From Escherichia coli (GTDB lineage: Bacteria > Pseudomonadota > Gammaproteobacteria > Enterobacterales > Enterobacteriaceae): a stretch of DNA of 64,000 nt. The notes below the pieces were generated by a model. The model was given only the letters and a program-made list of their open reading frames with translations, searched no databases and was not told the DNA's origin. Positions 34,507 through 46,963 of the stretch are shown piece after piece (position 1 is the first letter of the stretch; every line of letters starts with the position of its first letter). The translations under genes were made by a program, and so were the position numbers. The stretch lies in NCBI RefSeq assembly GCF_017348835.2, contig NZ_CP071375.1. One strand, 5' to 3'.

Positions 34507-34517
34507 GGAGTGCAGCC

Positions 34518-35531
34518 ATGAGCGTAATTGAAACTGCAACTGTGCCGCTCGCACAACAACAGGCTGACGCACTGCTGAACGTGAAAGATTTGCGTGTCAC
34601 CTTTAGTACTCCGGACGGCGACGTCACGGCGGTCAATGATTTGAATTTTTCCCTACGTGCCGGAGAAACGCTGGGCATTGTAGGTGAGTCTGGTTCGGGT
34701 AAATCGCAAACTGCATTTGCGTTGATGGGCCTGTTGGCTGCCAACGGACGTATTGGCGGATCGGCAACCTTCAATGGGCGTGAAATCCTCAATTTGCCAG
34801 AGCGTGAACTCAATAAACTGCGCGCTGAACAAATCTCAATGATTTTTCAGGACCCAATGACTTCGTTGAATCCCTATATGCGCGTCGGTGAGCAGTTGAT
34901 GGAAGTGCTGATGCTGCATAAGAACATGAGCAAAGCTGAGGCGTTTGAAGAGTCGGTGCGGATGCTCGATGCGGTAAAAATGCCGGAAGCGCGTAAACGC
35001 ATGAAAATGTACCCGCACGAATTTTCTGGCGGCATGCGTCAGCGAGTTATGATTGCGATGGCATTGCTATGTCGACCTAAGCTGCTGATTGCGGATGAAC
35101 CCACTACTGCGCTGGACGTCACCGTACAGGCGCAGATCATGACGCTATTGAATGAACTGAAGCGGGAATTTAATACCGCCATCATTATGATTACCCACGA
35201 TCTTGGCGTGGTGGCGGGGATCTGCGACAAAGTGCTGGTCATGTACGCCGGGCGCACGATGGAATATGGCAACGCGCGCGATGTCTTTTACCAGCCCGTT
35301 CATCCTTATTCTATCGGTTTGCTCAACGCGGTGCCGCGTCTCGATGCGGAAGGTGAAACAATGTTGACCATCCCGGGTAATCCGCCAAACTTGCTGCGAT
35401 TACCGAAAGGTTGCCCGTTCCAGCCACGTTGTCCACATGCGATGGAAATTTGTAGTAGCGCACCGCCGCTGGAAGAGTTTACGCCTGGCCGTCTGCGTGC
35501 TTGCTTTAAACCGGTGGAGGAACTGTTATGA
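34518..35531 (+). CDS. oppD: Oligopeptide ABC transporter ATPase OppD, 337 aa
   Basis: Walker A GESGSGKS; synteny. Confidence 0.92.
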   Translation: MSVIETATVPLAQQQADALLNVKDLRVTFSTPDGDVTAVNDLNFSLRAGETLGIVGESGSGKSQTAFALMGLLAANGRIGGSATFNGREILNLPERELNKLRAEQISMIFQDPMTSLNPYMRVGEQLMEVLMLHKNMSKAEAFEESVRMLDAVKMPEARKRMKMYPHEFSGGMRQRVMIAMALLCRPKLLIADEPTTALDVTVQAQIMTLLNELKREFNTAIIMITHDLGVVAGICDKVLVMYAGRTMEYGNARDVFYQPVHPYSIGLLNAVPRLDAEGETMLTIPGNPPNLLRLPKGCPFQPRCPHAMEICSSAPPLEEFTPGRLRACFKPVEELL

Positions 35532-36532
35532 ATGCTGTAACTGAAGGAAGAAAAGTCCTCCTTGAAATCGCCGATCTGAAAGTGCACTTTGAAATCAAAG
35601 ATGGCAAACCGTGGTTCTGGCAACCGCCGAAAACGCTCAAAGCCGTCGATGGTGTCACTCTTCGCCTGTATGAAGGGGAAACATTAGGTGTGGTAGGGGA
35701 ATCGGGATGCGGTAAGTCCACCTTTGCTCGCGCCATCATTGGCCTGGTTAAAGCGACCGACGGTCATGTTGCCTGGTTAGGTAAAGAGTTGCTGGGCATG
35801 AAGCCCGATGAATGGCGTGCCGTTCGCAGTGATATTCAGATGATTTTCCAGGATCCGTTGGCATCGCTAAACCCGCGTATGACCATCGGCGAGATCATCG
35901 CTGAACCACTGCGTACTTATCATCCGAAAATGTCACGCCAGGAAGTTCGCGAGCGCGTGAAGGCGATGATGCTGAAAGTCGGGTTATTGCCTAACCTGAT
36001 TAACCGCTATCCGCATGAGTTCTCTGGTGGGCAGTGCCAGCGTATCGGGATTGCGCGTGCTCTTATTCTTGAACCGAAGCTGATTATCTGTGATGAGCCG
36101 GTGTCGGCGCTGGACGTGTCAATTCAGGCGCAGGTGGTCAACCTGCTCCAGCAATTGCAACGTGAGATGGGATTGTCATTAATTTTTATCGCTCATGACC
36201 TGGCCGTGGTAAAACATATTTCCGATCGTGTGTTGGTGATGTATCTCGGCCATGCGGTAGAACTGGGGACCTATGATGAGGTCTACCACAATCCACTACA
36301 TCCTTACACCAGGGCATTGATGTCGGCAGTCCCCATACCTGATCCGGATCTGGAGAAGAACAAAACCATCCAGTTACTGGAAGGGGAATTACCGTCGCCG
36401 ATCAACCCGCCTTCCGGTTGTGTTTTCCGTACCCGTTGCCCGATTGCCGGTCCGGAGTGCGCCAAAACACGTCCTGTTCTGGAGGGGAGTTTCAGACACG
36501 CCGTTTCTTGCCTGAAAGTCGATCCGCTTTAA
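35528..36532 (+). CDS. oppF: Oligopeptide ABC transporter ATPase OppF, 334 aa
   Basis: Walker A GESGCGKS; 4-nt overlap with oppD. Confidence 0.92.
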   Translation: MNAVTEGRKVLLEIADLKVHFEIKDGKPWFWQPPKTLKAVDGVTLRLYEGETLGVVGESGCGKSTFARAIIGLVKATDGHVAWLGKELLGMKPDEWRAVRSDIQMIFQDPLASLNPRMTIGEIIAEPLRTYHPKMSRQEVRERVKAMMLKVGLLPNLINRYPHEFSGGQCQRIGIARALILEPKLIICDEPVSALDVSIQAQVVNLLQQLQREMGLSLIFIAHDLAVVKHISDRVLVMYLGHAVELGTYDEVYHNPLHPYTRALMSAVPIPDPDLEKNKTIQLLEGELPSPINPPSGCVFRTRCPIAGPECAKTRPVLEGSFRHAVSCLKVDPL

Positions 36533-36540
36533 ACACAATA

Positions 36541-36566
36541 AGGGCTGACAGTTGTCAGCCCTTTTT
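36541..36566. terminator. Rho-independent terminator between convergent oppF and yciU
   Basis: AGGGCTGACAGTTGTCAGCCCT + T5. Confidence 0.65.
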
Positions 36567-36584
36567 CACGCCGAAAGCGATTAT

Positions 36585-38409
<1,825 letters not shown>

Positions 38410-38551
38410 AGATTAGAAATCCTTTTGAAAGCGCATTGTTATGAGTTTACGCATATGGATTCATCTGGCAAATAAAAACGCGGGAAAAGCACTGGTCAGC
38501 GTCGGGGGCGGGGGTATAATGACCATTCTGTTATTGCATAGAGTAGTTAAC

Positions 38552-38725
38552 ATGAAGCGGAGTAGAACGGAAGTGGGGCGCTGGCGCATGCAGCGTCAGG
38601 CTAGCCGACGTAAATCGCGTTGGCTTGAGGGGCAATCGCGCCGAAATATGCGTATCCACAGCATCAGGAAGTGCATTCTAAACAAACAGCGTAACTCGTT
38701 ATTGTTTGCGATCTACAATATCTAA
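38552..38725 (+). CDS. yciY: Small basic protein YciY, 57 aa
   Basis: C-terminal 57 aa of the 94-aa ORF (MKRSRTEVGRWRMQ...) match YciY as recalled. Confidence 0.45.
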   Translation: MKRSRTEVGRWRMQRQASRRKSRWLEGQSRRNMRIHSIRKCILNKQRNSLLFAIYNI

Positions 38726-38779
38726 ATGTACTGGGCACCATTGCGGTGCCCAATAAGTTTACTCTTCCGTCTTTAAACT

Positions 38780-40033
38780 CTATTTTTGCGCCGATTCTTT
38801 ACTGTCAGTTTTCGTTTCTTGTTCATCGTTATCGCTGAAAATACCATGACCTGAGTTCAACAACATTGAAACGAGCATATCATTATTAATCTCTTCACCA
38901 TTTAAAACTCGCGCCAGAATTTCGCTGCCAAACAGTTGCGGTGAGAGAATGATATCCGGATGTACCATCTTAATCTTATTCAGGTTTTTGCTATCACTGA
39001 CGGCGAGAACTGTTTTGACATCACCGCTCATATCTTTTGCCGAGAGTACAACAAACGCGTTATCTGCATCGTTATCACTCAGCGCCAGAATGGCCCGGCA
39101 ACGATCGATTCCCGCTTTCTTTAATACTGAACTGTCATTACTGTCACCGGGGATAACATCAGCGTTATCGCCTAAGCGTTGCTCAAGTTGCTTGATATCA
39201 TCTTCAGGCAAGTTGCTGATAACCGTTACGTTTTGTCCGCGTTGATTCAGTTGCAGGATCGTATTGATGGCGAGAATCGAATGTCCGCAAACAATAAAAT
39301 GATCTTTACGATGCATTGTATGATTGTTTCCTTTTACAAGTTTGTTGAATCCCCCGCGGATAAGCGGACCAAAAATTGAGGTCATAGATGTGGCAAAAAC
39401 GGTAATGCCGGAAATAATGACCGAAATAGTGAACAATCGTGCTGATTCAGAAACAGGGACAATATCGCCATAGCCGACGGTTGACATGGTTTCTATCGAA
39501 AAATAGAACGCGGTCATCAAACTTTCTATTCGCGGATTAAAACCTTCGCTTAAATAAAGCGCACCGTAGGTGGAGTAAAACAGTAATGTCGTGAAACTAA
39601 TAAATGCAAAAATTGTCCCGGCTGCGGCGCTACTGTGGGAGAAGTCTTTGCGCAGTATCAGCAAAAACACCAGCGTAAAAATGCAAAATCCAATACTAAA
39701 TTTTAGCCAGGGATAAAAATGCAGGGTGTAAATTAGCGCTATCAACAACAAAATGATACTGATTGCCCATGCGAGCTTTGCCCGGAACAGTAAGCCAATG
39801 GAGTTCAGGACAAGAAAGACGCCGAGCATAAATAGTGGGGCGTTTGCCAGCAAGGATAGATCCAACTCTGAAAATGCTTTGATATGGAAAATATCTAGCA
39901 AATTGACCGACATACCATAGATTGTTTTAAAAATAAGCAATCCATTTAAAAAGACGGCCAGCGCGAGAATGTCGTGCCGTAGGGTCACCCATAAATTTGT
40001 TGCTGTTTGTTTGAATGTAGCCCAGTGACTCAC
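38780..40033 (-). CDS. kch: Voltage-gated K+ channel Kch, 417 aa
   Basis: TVGYGD selectivity filter and TrkA-like C-terminal domain; start set at the GTG giving (M)SHWATFKQ. Confidence 0.85.
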   Translation of the reverse strand: MSHWATFKQTATNLWVTLRHDILALAVFLNGLLIFKTIYGMSVNLLDIFHIKAFSELDLSLLANAPLFMLGVFLVLNSIGLLFRAKLAWAISIILLLIALIYTLHFYPWLKFSIGFCIFTLVFLLILRKDFSHSSAAAGTIFAFISFTTLLFYSTYGALYLSEGFNPRIESLMTAFYFSIETMSTVGYGDIVPVSESARLFTISVIISGITVFATSMTSIFGPLIRGGFNKLVKGNNHTMHRKDHFIVCGHSILAINTILQLNQRGQNVTVISNLPEDDIKQLEQRLGDNADVIPGDSNDSSVLKKAGIDRCRAILALSDNDADNAFVVLSAKDMSGDVKTVLAVSDSKNLNKIKMVHPDIILSPQLFGSEILARVLNGEEINNDMLVSMLLNSGHGIFSDNDEQETKTDSKESAQK

Positions 40034-40332
40034 TGATACCTCTGTAACCACAATTTTGTTTAATTATCTTAGCGTGCACATTTTCTGAACATACATGCAG
40101 CGCGTGAATGTGTTAAACAATAGTAGATGACTTTATCCGCAGTAATCAAAGGTTTTGAGCGAGCAACTGTACCTCAGGAAAGGTCATTTTTCCTGAATAT
40201 GCTCACATCATATAAAGAAATACAGATAAAGTTATTATCTGCTTGTGGTGGTGAATGCACTGACCGGCTATATGGAAAGGCCAAACAAGAACACGGTTGC
40301 AAAAACCGTGCCCTTAAATATTGAATCTCTAT

Positions 40333-40629
40333 TCAGAACACTTTCTTAAATGGTTTCACTGAAACGTGTTCATAGACACCTGCCGCTACGTACGGGTCAG
40401 CATCGGCCCAGGCCTGAGCTGCTTCCAGCGATTCAAATTCAGCAATAACGGTTGAGCCAGTAAATCCCGCAGCCCCTGGATCGTTACTGTCTACCGCTGG
40501 CATTGGACCAGCTGTCAACAAACGACCTTCATCATGCAGTAACTGTAAACGTGCTAAATGTGCCGGACGAACGGAAAGGCGTTTTTCGAGGCTATCAGCT
40601 TTGTCTTGAGCGTAAATAACATACAACAC
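40333..40629 (-). CDS. yciI: YciI-like protein, 98 aa (GTG start)
   Basis: Protein and synteny; ORF-track start is an upstream extension. Confidence 0.75.
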
Positions 40630-40852
40630 GGGCACAACTCCTTGTTCGGGAAAGTTGTAAAGTACGTTATTTGAAAGGGCGAAGATCTGCAACGGAAAGA
40701 TGATGTCTTTGTTAAGACCATGCATAAAGTAAGGTCAATCACGCCAAAAATGACATTTTCACTGATCCTGATCGTCTTGCCTTATTGAATATGATTGCTA
40801 TTTGCATTTAAAATCGAGGCCTGGTTTTTCTACTGAAATGATTATGACTTCA

Positions 40853-41548
40853 ATGACCCTTGATTTACCTCGCCGCTTCCCCTGGCCGACGTTACTTTCG
40901 GTCTGCATTCATGGTGCTGTTGTGGCGGGTCTGCTCTATACCTCGGTACATCAGGTTATTGAACTACCTGCGCCTGCGCAGCCGATTTCTGTCACGATGG
41001 TTGCGCCTGCTGATCTCGAACCGCCACAAGCCGTTCAGCCGCCACCGGAGTCGGTGGTAGAGCCAGAACCGGAACCTGAGCCGATCCCCGAACCGCCAAA
41101 AGAAGCACCGGTGGTCATTGAAAAGCCGAAGCCGGTGAAAAAGGTACAGGAGCAGCCAAAACGCGATGTCAAACCCGTAGAGTCGCGTCCGGCATCACCG
41201 TTTGAAAATACGGCACCGGCACGCCCGACATCAAGTACAGCAACGGCTGCAACCAGCAAGCCGGTTACCAGTGTGGCTTCAGGACCACGCGCACTAAGCC
41301 GTAATCAGCCGCAGTATCCGGCACGAGCACAGGCATTGCGCATTGAAGGGCAGGTTAAAGTTAAATTTGATGTCACGCCGGATGGTCGCGTGGATAACGT
41401 GCAAATCCTCTCAGCTAAACCTGCGAACATGTTTGAGCGTGAGGTGAAAAATGCGATGCGCAGATGGCGTTATGAGCCGGGTAAGCCAGGCAGTGGGATT
41501 GTGGTGAATATCCTGTTTAAAATTAACGGCACCACCGAAATTCAGTAA
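40853..41548 (+). CDS. tonB: TonB energy transducer, 231 aa here, with a short Lys-Pro repeat
   Basis: MTLDLPRRFPWPTLLSVCIHGAVVAGLLYTS N-terminus; Pro-rich (EP)n and KPKP spacer; C-terminal domain. Confidence 0.92.
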   Translation: MTLDLPRRFPWPTLLSVCIHGAVVAGLLYTSVHQVIELPAPAQPISVTMVAPADLEPPQAVQPPPESVVEPEPEPEPIPEPPKEAPVVIEKPKPVKKVQEQPKRDVKPVESRPASPFENTAPARPTSSTATAATSKPVTSVASGPRALSRNQPQYPARAQALRIEGQVKVKFDVTPDGRVDNVQILSAKPANMFEREVKNAMRRWRYEPGKPGSGIVVNILFKINGTTEIQ

Positions 41549-41558
41549 GCAGAAAGTC

Positions 41559-41582
41559 AAAAGCCTCCGACCGGAGGCTTTT
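41559..41582. terminator. Bidirectional Rho-independent terminator between tonB and yciA
   Basis: AAAAGCCTCCGACCGGAGGCTTTT, a symmetric hairpin with A/T runs on both sides. Confidence 0.8.
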
Positions 41583-41587
41583 GATTA

Positions 41588-41986
41588 TTACTCAACAGGT
41601 AAGGCGCGAGGTTTTCCTTCAGGATCAACCGCGACATACTTAAATAATGCTTCTGTCGCTTTATAGCGTTGCCCGATTGGTTCAGACGCTACTTTTTTCA
41701 CCCACACTTCAATATTAATGCTGACCGATGTCGTCCCTTTCTGGACACAGCGTGCATAGCAGCACACCACATCGCCGACCGCAACCGGCCGTAAGAAAGT
41801 CATTCCTTCAACCCGCACAGTCACTACGCGACCGTGGGCAATTTCTTTTGCCAGAATAGCGCCGCCAATATCCATTTGTGACATTAACCAACCACCAAAG
41901 ATGTCACCATTGGCATTGGTATCGGCGGGCATGGCTAAAGTACGTAAAACAAGATCGCCCTGAGGGACGTTATGTGTTGTAGACAT
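41588..41986 (-). CDS. yciA: Acyl-CoA thioesterase YciA, 132 aa
   Basis: Protein and synteny. Confidence 0.88.
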   Translation of the reverse strand: MSTTHNVPQGDLVLRTLAMPADTNANGDIFGGWLMSQMDIGGAILAKEIAHGRVVTVRVEGMTFLRPVAVGDVVCCYARCVQKGTTSVSINIEVWVKKVASEPIGQRYKATEALFKYVAVDPEGKPRALPVE

Positions 41987-42090
41987 GGTAAAACCGACTT
42001 AAAAGGAAAATCACAGGCGCGATGCTACTATGATTTTCCTGAGGAGAACAGAGGAGATACAGCGCCAGCCCCGAAGGACTGGCAGTCTGG

Positions 42091-42630
42091 TTAGGATTTA
42101 TCTTCCTGCGGCATGTGGCGGTAGATATAGATACCGCTTAACAATGTGAAGATTAAGGTAAGGGCGGTCAGGCCAAAGACTTTAAAGTTGACCCAAATAT
42201 TTTGCGGCAGCCAGAATGCGATGTAGATGTTTGCCAGACCGCAAAGGATAAAGAAAACAGCCCAGGCCAGATTCAGCTTCGACCATACCGGTTGCGGCAG
42301 CGTGAGTTCTTTACCCAGCATCCGCTGAATTAGCGGCTTTTTCATCACCCATTGGCTGACTAACAGGGCTCCCGCAAACAGAGCATAAATGACTGTAACC
42401 TTCCATTTAATAAACTCATCATTGTGGAAGAACAGCGTCAAGCCACCGAAGACGACCACCAGAACAAAAGTGATCAGGGCCATCTTCTCAACCTTACGAA
42501 AGCGAACCCAGCTATAGATAAGCACAATCGCCGTGGCGACGATCAGCGCCGCAGTAGCCGCATAGATGTCATAAATCTTGTAAAACGCGAAAAAGACAAC
42601 CAGCGGTAAAAAATCAAGAAACTGCTTCAT
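42091..42630 (-). CDS. yciB: Inner membrane protein YciB (intracellular septation protein A), 179 aa
   Basis: Protein and synteny. Confidence 0.88.
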   Translation of the reverse strand: MKQFLDFLPLVVFFAFYKIYDIYAATAALIVATAIVLIYSWVRFRKVEKMALITFVLVVVFGGLTLFFHNDEFIKWKVTVIYALFAGALLVSQWVMKKPLIQRMLGKELTLPQPVWSKLNLAWAVFFILCGLANIYIAFWLPQNIWVNFKVFGLTALTLIFTLLSGIYIYRHMPQEDKS

Positions 42631-42659
42631 TTTACGATTCCGTAATCAAATGCTTAAGG

Positions 42660-43403
42660 TTATTGGCGAATCAACATATACAGACGGAACAGATAGATGA
42701 GCAATACGGCTGAAATCAGGTTGCTCAAGGTGTTCGCCAGTACGGCACCAATTTCCGGGGTTAATGCGGCAAAAGAAGAGGCAAAAAGCAGCAACAGTGT
42801 TTTTGCCAGCAACCAGCTCAGTACTGCGGGTGCCACCAGACGCATATTCGCCCAAGTCAGCCGCATACTGCTACGCATCGAGGCAAAAATGCCCATTTTG
42901 TTCTGTACCAACATCACCGGTGCCAGGGCCAGTAAAATGGCCATGATAATTCCCGGAACGACCACTAGCATGATGCCAATCTGTACTAAAAGGGTAGTCA
43001 GAAAAATCAGAATAAATAACTTTGGCAATATCGGCGCACTGGCACCAATAGCTCGCAGCGCACTGACTCTCTGACCCGCAGACACCAGCTGGATAATTAA
43101 TATTACGCCTCCGGCGAGAATGGCGTTACCGATTAATCCAGAAAAAGTGGACGCCGCTGAAGCCTGCAGCAAAATTTGTTGCTGTTCCGGTGACATATTC
43201 TGAACCAGGTCGAACAACCCACTACTGCCGCTAACGGGCACGCCGTCATTGAGCTGCGCAAGCTGTGCATCACTGGGTGAGAAAACATGCCCTAACACCA
43301 CTGTGATAAACGCACATAGCAACGATACCAACAGAATGGTCATAAATTGATTACGGAAGAAATTTCCGGTGTCACGGTATACGGACTGCGCCGTGATAGA
43401 CAT
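42660..43403 (-). CDS. yciC: UPF0259 inner membrane protein YciC, 247 aa
   Basis: Protein and synteny. Confidence 0.88.
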   Translation of the reverse strand: MSITAQSVYRDTGNFFRNQFMTILLVSLLCAFITVVLGHVFSPSDAQLAQLNDGVPVSGSSGLFDLVQNMSPEQQQILLQASAASTFSGLIGNAILAGGVILIIQLVSAGQRVSALRAIGASAPILPKLFILIFLTTLLVQIGIMLVVVPGIIMAILLALAPVMLVQNKMGIFASMRSSMRLTWANMRLVAPAVLSWLLAKTLLLLFASSFAALTPEIGAVLANTLSNLISAVLLIYLFRLYMLIRQ

Positions 43404-43759
43404 GCACTCTCCTTGAGTTTTATGCAGGTGTTAATTAGCGGGCAATTGTACCCTGGTTAAGCCTCGGGTGGCAGCATCAGGTCTTGTATGGAAAAGCATA
43501 TCTTTGTAAAGCGGAGGTAATCGCTGGCCTTCAGGCGTGGGCAAACCGCGGCAAGTGGCGATCGAGTTAATATTTGCGTAGCGAAAATATTTAAAAATTG
43601 ATTTAAATCACGTTAACCAGGATTCTCAATGCAACTTCTAAATTAATCCAGATCAATAAAGGGTGAATTATCATATGTAATGTGATCTATGTAGGATCAT
43701 TTGTTACTCCAATGTAGGTATATTCGTCACGTTTTTATAACCATAACGACGGAGCGGAT

Positions 43760-44398
43760 ATGAAAAAGTTAACAGTGGCGGCTTTGGCAGTAACAACTCT
43801 TCTCTCTGGCAGTGCCTTTGCGCATGAAGTAGGCGAATTTTTTATGCGTGCAGGTTCTGCAACCGTACGTCCAACAGAAGGTGCTGGTGGTACGTTAGGA
43901 AGTCTGGGTGGATTCAGCGTGACCAATAACACTCAACTGGGCCTGACGTTTACTTATATGGCGACCGACAACATTGGTGTGGAATTACTGGCAGCGACGC
44001 CGTTCCGCCATAAAATCGGCACCCGGGCGACCGGCGATATTGCAACCGTTCATCATCTGCCGCCAACACTGATGGCGCAGTGGTATTTTGGTGATGCCAG
44101 CAGCAAATTCCGTCCTTATGTTGGGGCAGGTATTAACTACACCACCTTCTTTGATAATGGATTTAACGATCATGGCAAAGAGGCGGGGCTTTCCGATCTC
44201 AGTCTGAAAGATTCCTGGGGAGCTGCCGGGCAGGTGGGGGTTGATTATCTGATTAACCGTGACTGGTTGGTTAACATGTCAGTCTGGTACATGGATATCG
44301 ATACCACCGCCAATTATAAACTGGGCGGTGCACAGCAACATGATAGCGTACGCCTCGATCCGTGGGTGTTTATGTTCTCAGCAGGATATCGTTTTTAA
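43760..44398 (+). CDS. ompW: Outer membrane protein W, 212 aa
   Basis: Signal peptide MKKLTVAALAVTTLLSGSAFA; C-terminal aromatic residue. Confidence 0.92.
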   Translation: MKKLTVAALAVTTLLSGSAFAHEVGEFFMRAGSATVRPTEGAGGTLGSLGGFSVTNNTQLGLTFTYMATDNIGVELLAATPFRHKIGTRATGDIATVHHLPPTLMAQWYFGDASSKFRPYVGAGINYTTFFDNGFNDHGKEAGLSDLSLKDSWGAAGQVGVDYLINRDWLVNMSVWYMDIDTTANYKLGGAQQHDSVRLDPWVFMFSAGYRF

Positions 44399-44403
44399 TT
44401 CCG

Positions 44404-44433
44404 CACAAAAACGACCCCGTAATATACGGGGTC
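44404..44433 (-). terminator. Rho-independent terminator after yciE
   Basis: GACCCCGTAATATACGGGGTC hairpin with a T-run on the minus strand. Confidence 0.6.
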
Positions 44434-44457
44434 AATAAGGACATGGCATAAAGGGTA

Positions 44458-44964
44458 TTATTTCTTCGCTTCTACGCCATCAGTTTCAGAGCGAATTAAA
44501 AATTTCTCAGTTGTTTGCGGAATATGCTGAATCAGCCATTCGGCCATTTGCTTTTCCTCATTTAAAATCGCTTCGATGATCGGAATTGAGGCTGTATCAC
44601 CGGCATTTTTTGCTGCTGCTAATAGTGAAGTATAACAGGCGATTTCAAATTGCTCGAAGACATACCCGCTAATAGAACCTTTGACTATTTCATCAGAAGG
44701 GAATATACAACCGATTGACTGCCCAAGCGCAGCCATTTTACTCATGGAATCTTTAATGACTGAACGTGAAATGTCATTACGATCAAGAATAGTTTCCAGT
44801 TGAACAATCTGGTTTTTGGTTTCACTAAGATGTTGTTCAATACGAGCGCGTAGTTCAGGATAATTATCTATACGGCTGGCCATGGATTCAAGCATAGATT
44901 CGGCTTGCTTTTCCATTGAGTGGGCGTCACGTAACCAGTCATGATAATGTTCAATACGATTCAT
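44458..44964 (-). CDS. yciE: Ferritin-like DUF892 protein YciE, 168 aa
   Basis: Protein and synteny. Confidence 0.88.
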   Translation of the reverse strand: MNRIEHYHDWLRDAHSMEKQAESMLESMASRIDNYPELRARIEQHLSETKNQIVQLETILDRNDISRSVIKDSMSKMAALGQSIGCIFPSDEIVKGSISGYVFEQFEIACYTSLLAAAKNAGDTASIPIIEAILNEEKQMAEWLIQHIPQTTEKFLIRSETDGVEAKK

Positions 44965-45009
44965 GAAAATGTCCTCTTTATAAAATGACTAAAAGTTAAA
45001 GTTCATATT

Positions 45010-45510
45010 TCAGGCTTTATTTTCGGCTTTCTTATTTACGTTATTAAGGGCCAGATCAGTCAGTTTGATGTCGGTGGCCTTTTCTTCTTCCAGGGTTTCT
45101 TTCAGAAGCTTCGCTGCTTTACGGTAACCTAATTGTTCAGCCAGCGTCGCTAATGTCCCGTAACTGGCAATCTCATAATGCTCGACTTTCTGTGCTGCGG
45201 CAATCAGTGCGGCATCACGCACTTCGTTTTTCTCGGTACTTTCGATGACCTCATTAGCTTCTTCAATAAGACCTTCCATTGCCACACATTTCATGCGCTT
45301 AATTTTCAGATTCGATTCTGATTCCACAACTTGATCAATACGTTCAATCTGTCCATGTGTTTCCTCGAGGTGCGCATGAAAAGCCTGACTTAATTTTTCG
45401 TTTGATGTTGCTCTTGCGAGTTTTGCCAGTGCCCGGGTTAATTGTTTTTCTGCGCTGTAGGTATCTGAAAGCAGGTGAATAAATACATCTTCAATGGTCT
45501 TCATATTCAT
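45010..45510 (-). CDS. yciF: Ferritin-like DUF892 protein YciF, 166 aa
   Basis: Start set at the ATG giving MNMKTIEDVFIHLL. Confidence 0.85.
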   Translation of the reverse strand: MNMKTIEDVFIHLLSDTYSAEKQLTRALAKLARATSNEKLSQAFHAHLEETHGQIERIDQVVESESNLKIKRMKCVAMEGLIEEANEVIESTEKNEVRDAALIAAAQKVEHYEIASYGTLATLAEQLGYRKAAKLLKETLEEEKATDIKLTDLALNNVNKKAENKA

Positions 45511-45595
45511 ATTTTTCTCCAGTGGAATCACTGCGAGCCATATGGCCCGCAGATGCAATTATCTTTATCAGCTGATATTAATAATTAACGGTGAA

Positions 45596-45775
45596 TCAGG
45601 ATTTACCTGATTTATTACCACCGTTTTGTTGACCGCCTTTTTTACCCGCTTCAGATGCGCGTTGCGGATCATTTTTAAAATTACCGCCGCTATGCTGACC
45701 GCCTTTACGGCCTGCGTCGGATGCCTTCTCACGGTCTTCGGCGAAATTTCCTGAACCACCACGATGTTCGGCCAT
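45596..45775 (-). CDS. yciG: KGG-repeat stress protein YciG, 59 aa
   Basis: Repeated RKGGQ / KKGGQ motifs; start set at MAEHRGGSGNF. Confidence 0.8.
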   Translation of the reverse strand: MAEHRGGSGNFAEDREKASDAGRKGGQHSGGNFKNDPQRASEAGKKGGQQNGGNKSGKS

Positions 45776-46121
45776 GTTATTTCTCCCGTTGCGTTGCATT
45801 GTTTCATTAATATGAGTGTTGTGTGTCGACACTCATTAAAATTAGTCGCCAATGAGAATTAGTCAAATTAAGCATAACGAGAAGAAAGTGGGAAAATATA
45901 TTATGAGGAACGTTCTTGATATATTAACAATTGCCTGAGGAATAAGTGACTTAGAGAAAATTATTGATTTTACTGGTGTTATGTTGCGGGATTAATTTGT
46001 TTGATTATATTACTGTTGGGCGGAAAAATGACGTAAGTTGACGTTTGACAGGGGTAAGCGAAACGGTAAAAAGATTAAATATTAAATGAATTTAGGATTT
46101 TTCCGGCTTCGTTAAAGAAAG

Positions 46122-46150
46122 TTAAAATGCCGCCAGCGGAACTGGCGGCT
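46122..46150 (-). terminator. trp operon terminator (trp t)
   Basis: Minus strand reads CAGCCGCCAGTTCCGCTGGCGGCATTTT immediately after the trpA stop. Confidence 0.8.
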
Positions 46151-46156
46151 GTGGGA

Positions 46157-46963
46157 TTAACTGCGCGTCGCCGCTTTCATCGGTTGTACAAAAACTTTCA
46201 GTGCCGCCAGCATTTTCTCTGGCTCATTAATATGTTGCTCGATGATTTTAACAATGGCCGAACCAGAAATCGCGCCCGCAGCTCCTGCATCAATCGCTGC
46301 TTTTACCTGATCCGGGGCGGAAATACCAAATCCCTGCAATGGAGGTGCAGCGTTGTACTCTTTCAGCTTCGCAACCAGATGATTGAGGGGTAACGCGGCG
46401 CGGTTTTCAGCGCCGGTCACGCCCGCACGCGACAGCAAATAGGTGTAACCACGACCGTAAGAGGCTATCTGGCGCAGCAAGTCGTCATCGGCATTCGGCG
46501 GGCAGATAAAGATAGGTGCGACATTATGGCGCAACGCGGCCTGGCGGAAGGGCGCGGACTCTTCAACTGGCACATCGGCAACCAGCACCGAATCGACGCC
46601 GACTTTCTCGCACTGGGCATAAAACTCATCAATGCCTTTGTTAAACACCAGATTGGCATACATCAAAAGGCCGATAGGAATGGTCGGGTGCTTCTGGCGA
46701 ATGAGTGCCAGCATCTCAAAGCACTGCGCCGGGGTCACACCTGCCGCAAAGGCACGCAGTGTGGCGTTTTGAATCGTCGGGCCATCTGCCAGTGGGTCGG
46801 AGAAGGGGATGCCTAACTCCAGCGCGTCAGCACCGGCTTCAATTAGCGTATCGATAATTTTCAGCGACTGCTCAATGCCCGGATCGCCGAGCGTGACGAA
46901 AGGAACGAATGCGCCTTCTTTGCGCTCCTTCAACTGGGCAAACAGAGATTCGTAGCGTTCCAT
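46157..46963 (-). CDS. trpA: Tryptophan synthase alpha subunit, 268 aa
   Basis: Protein and synteny. Confidence 0.95.

Noticed and set aside
38441-38551. N-terminal extension of the 94-aa ORF upstream of yciY
   Set aside because: Only the C-terminal 57 codons match the recalled small protein; the longer TTG/ATG extension is unsupported.
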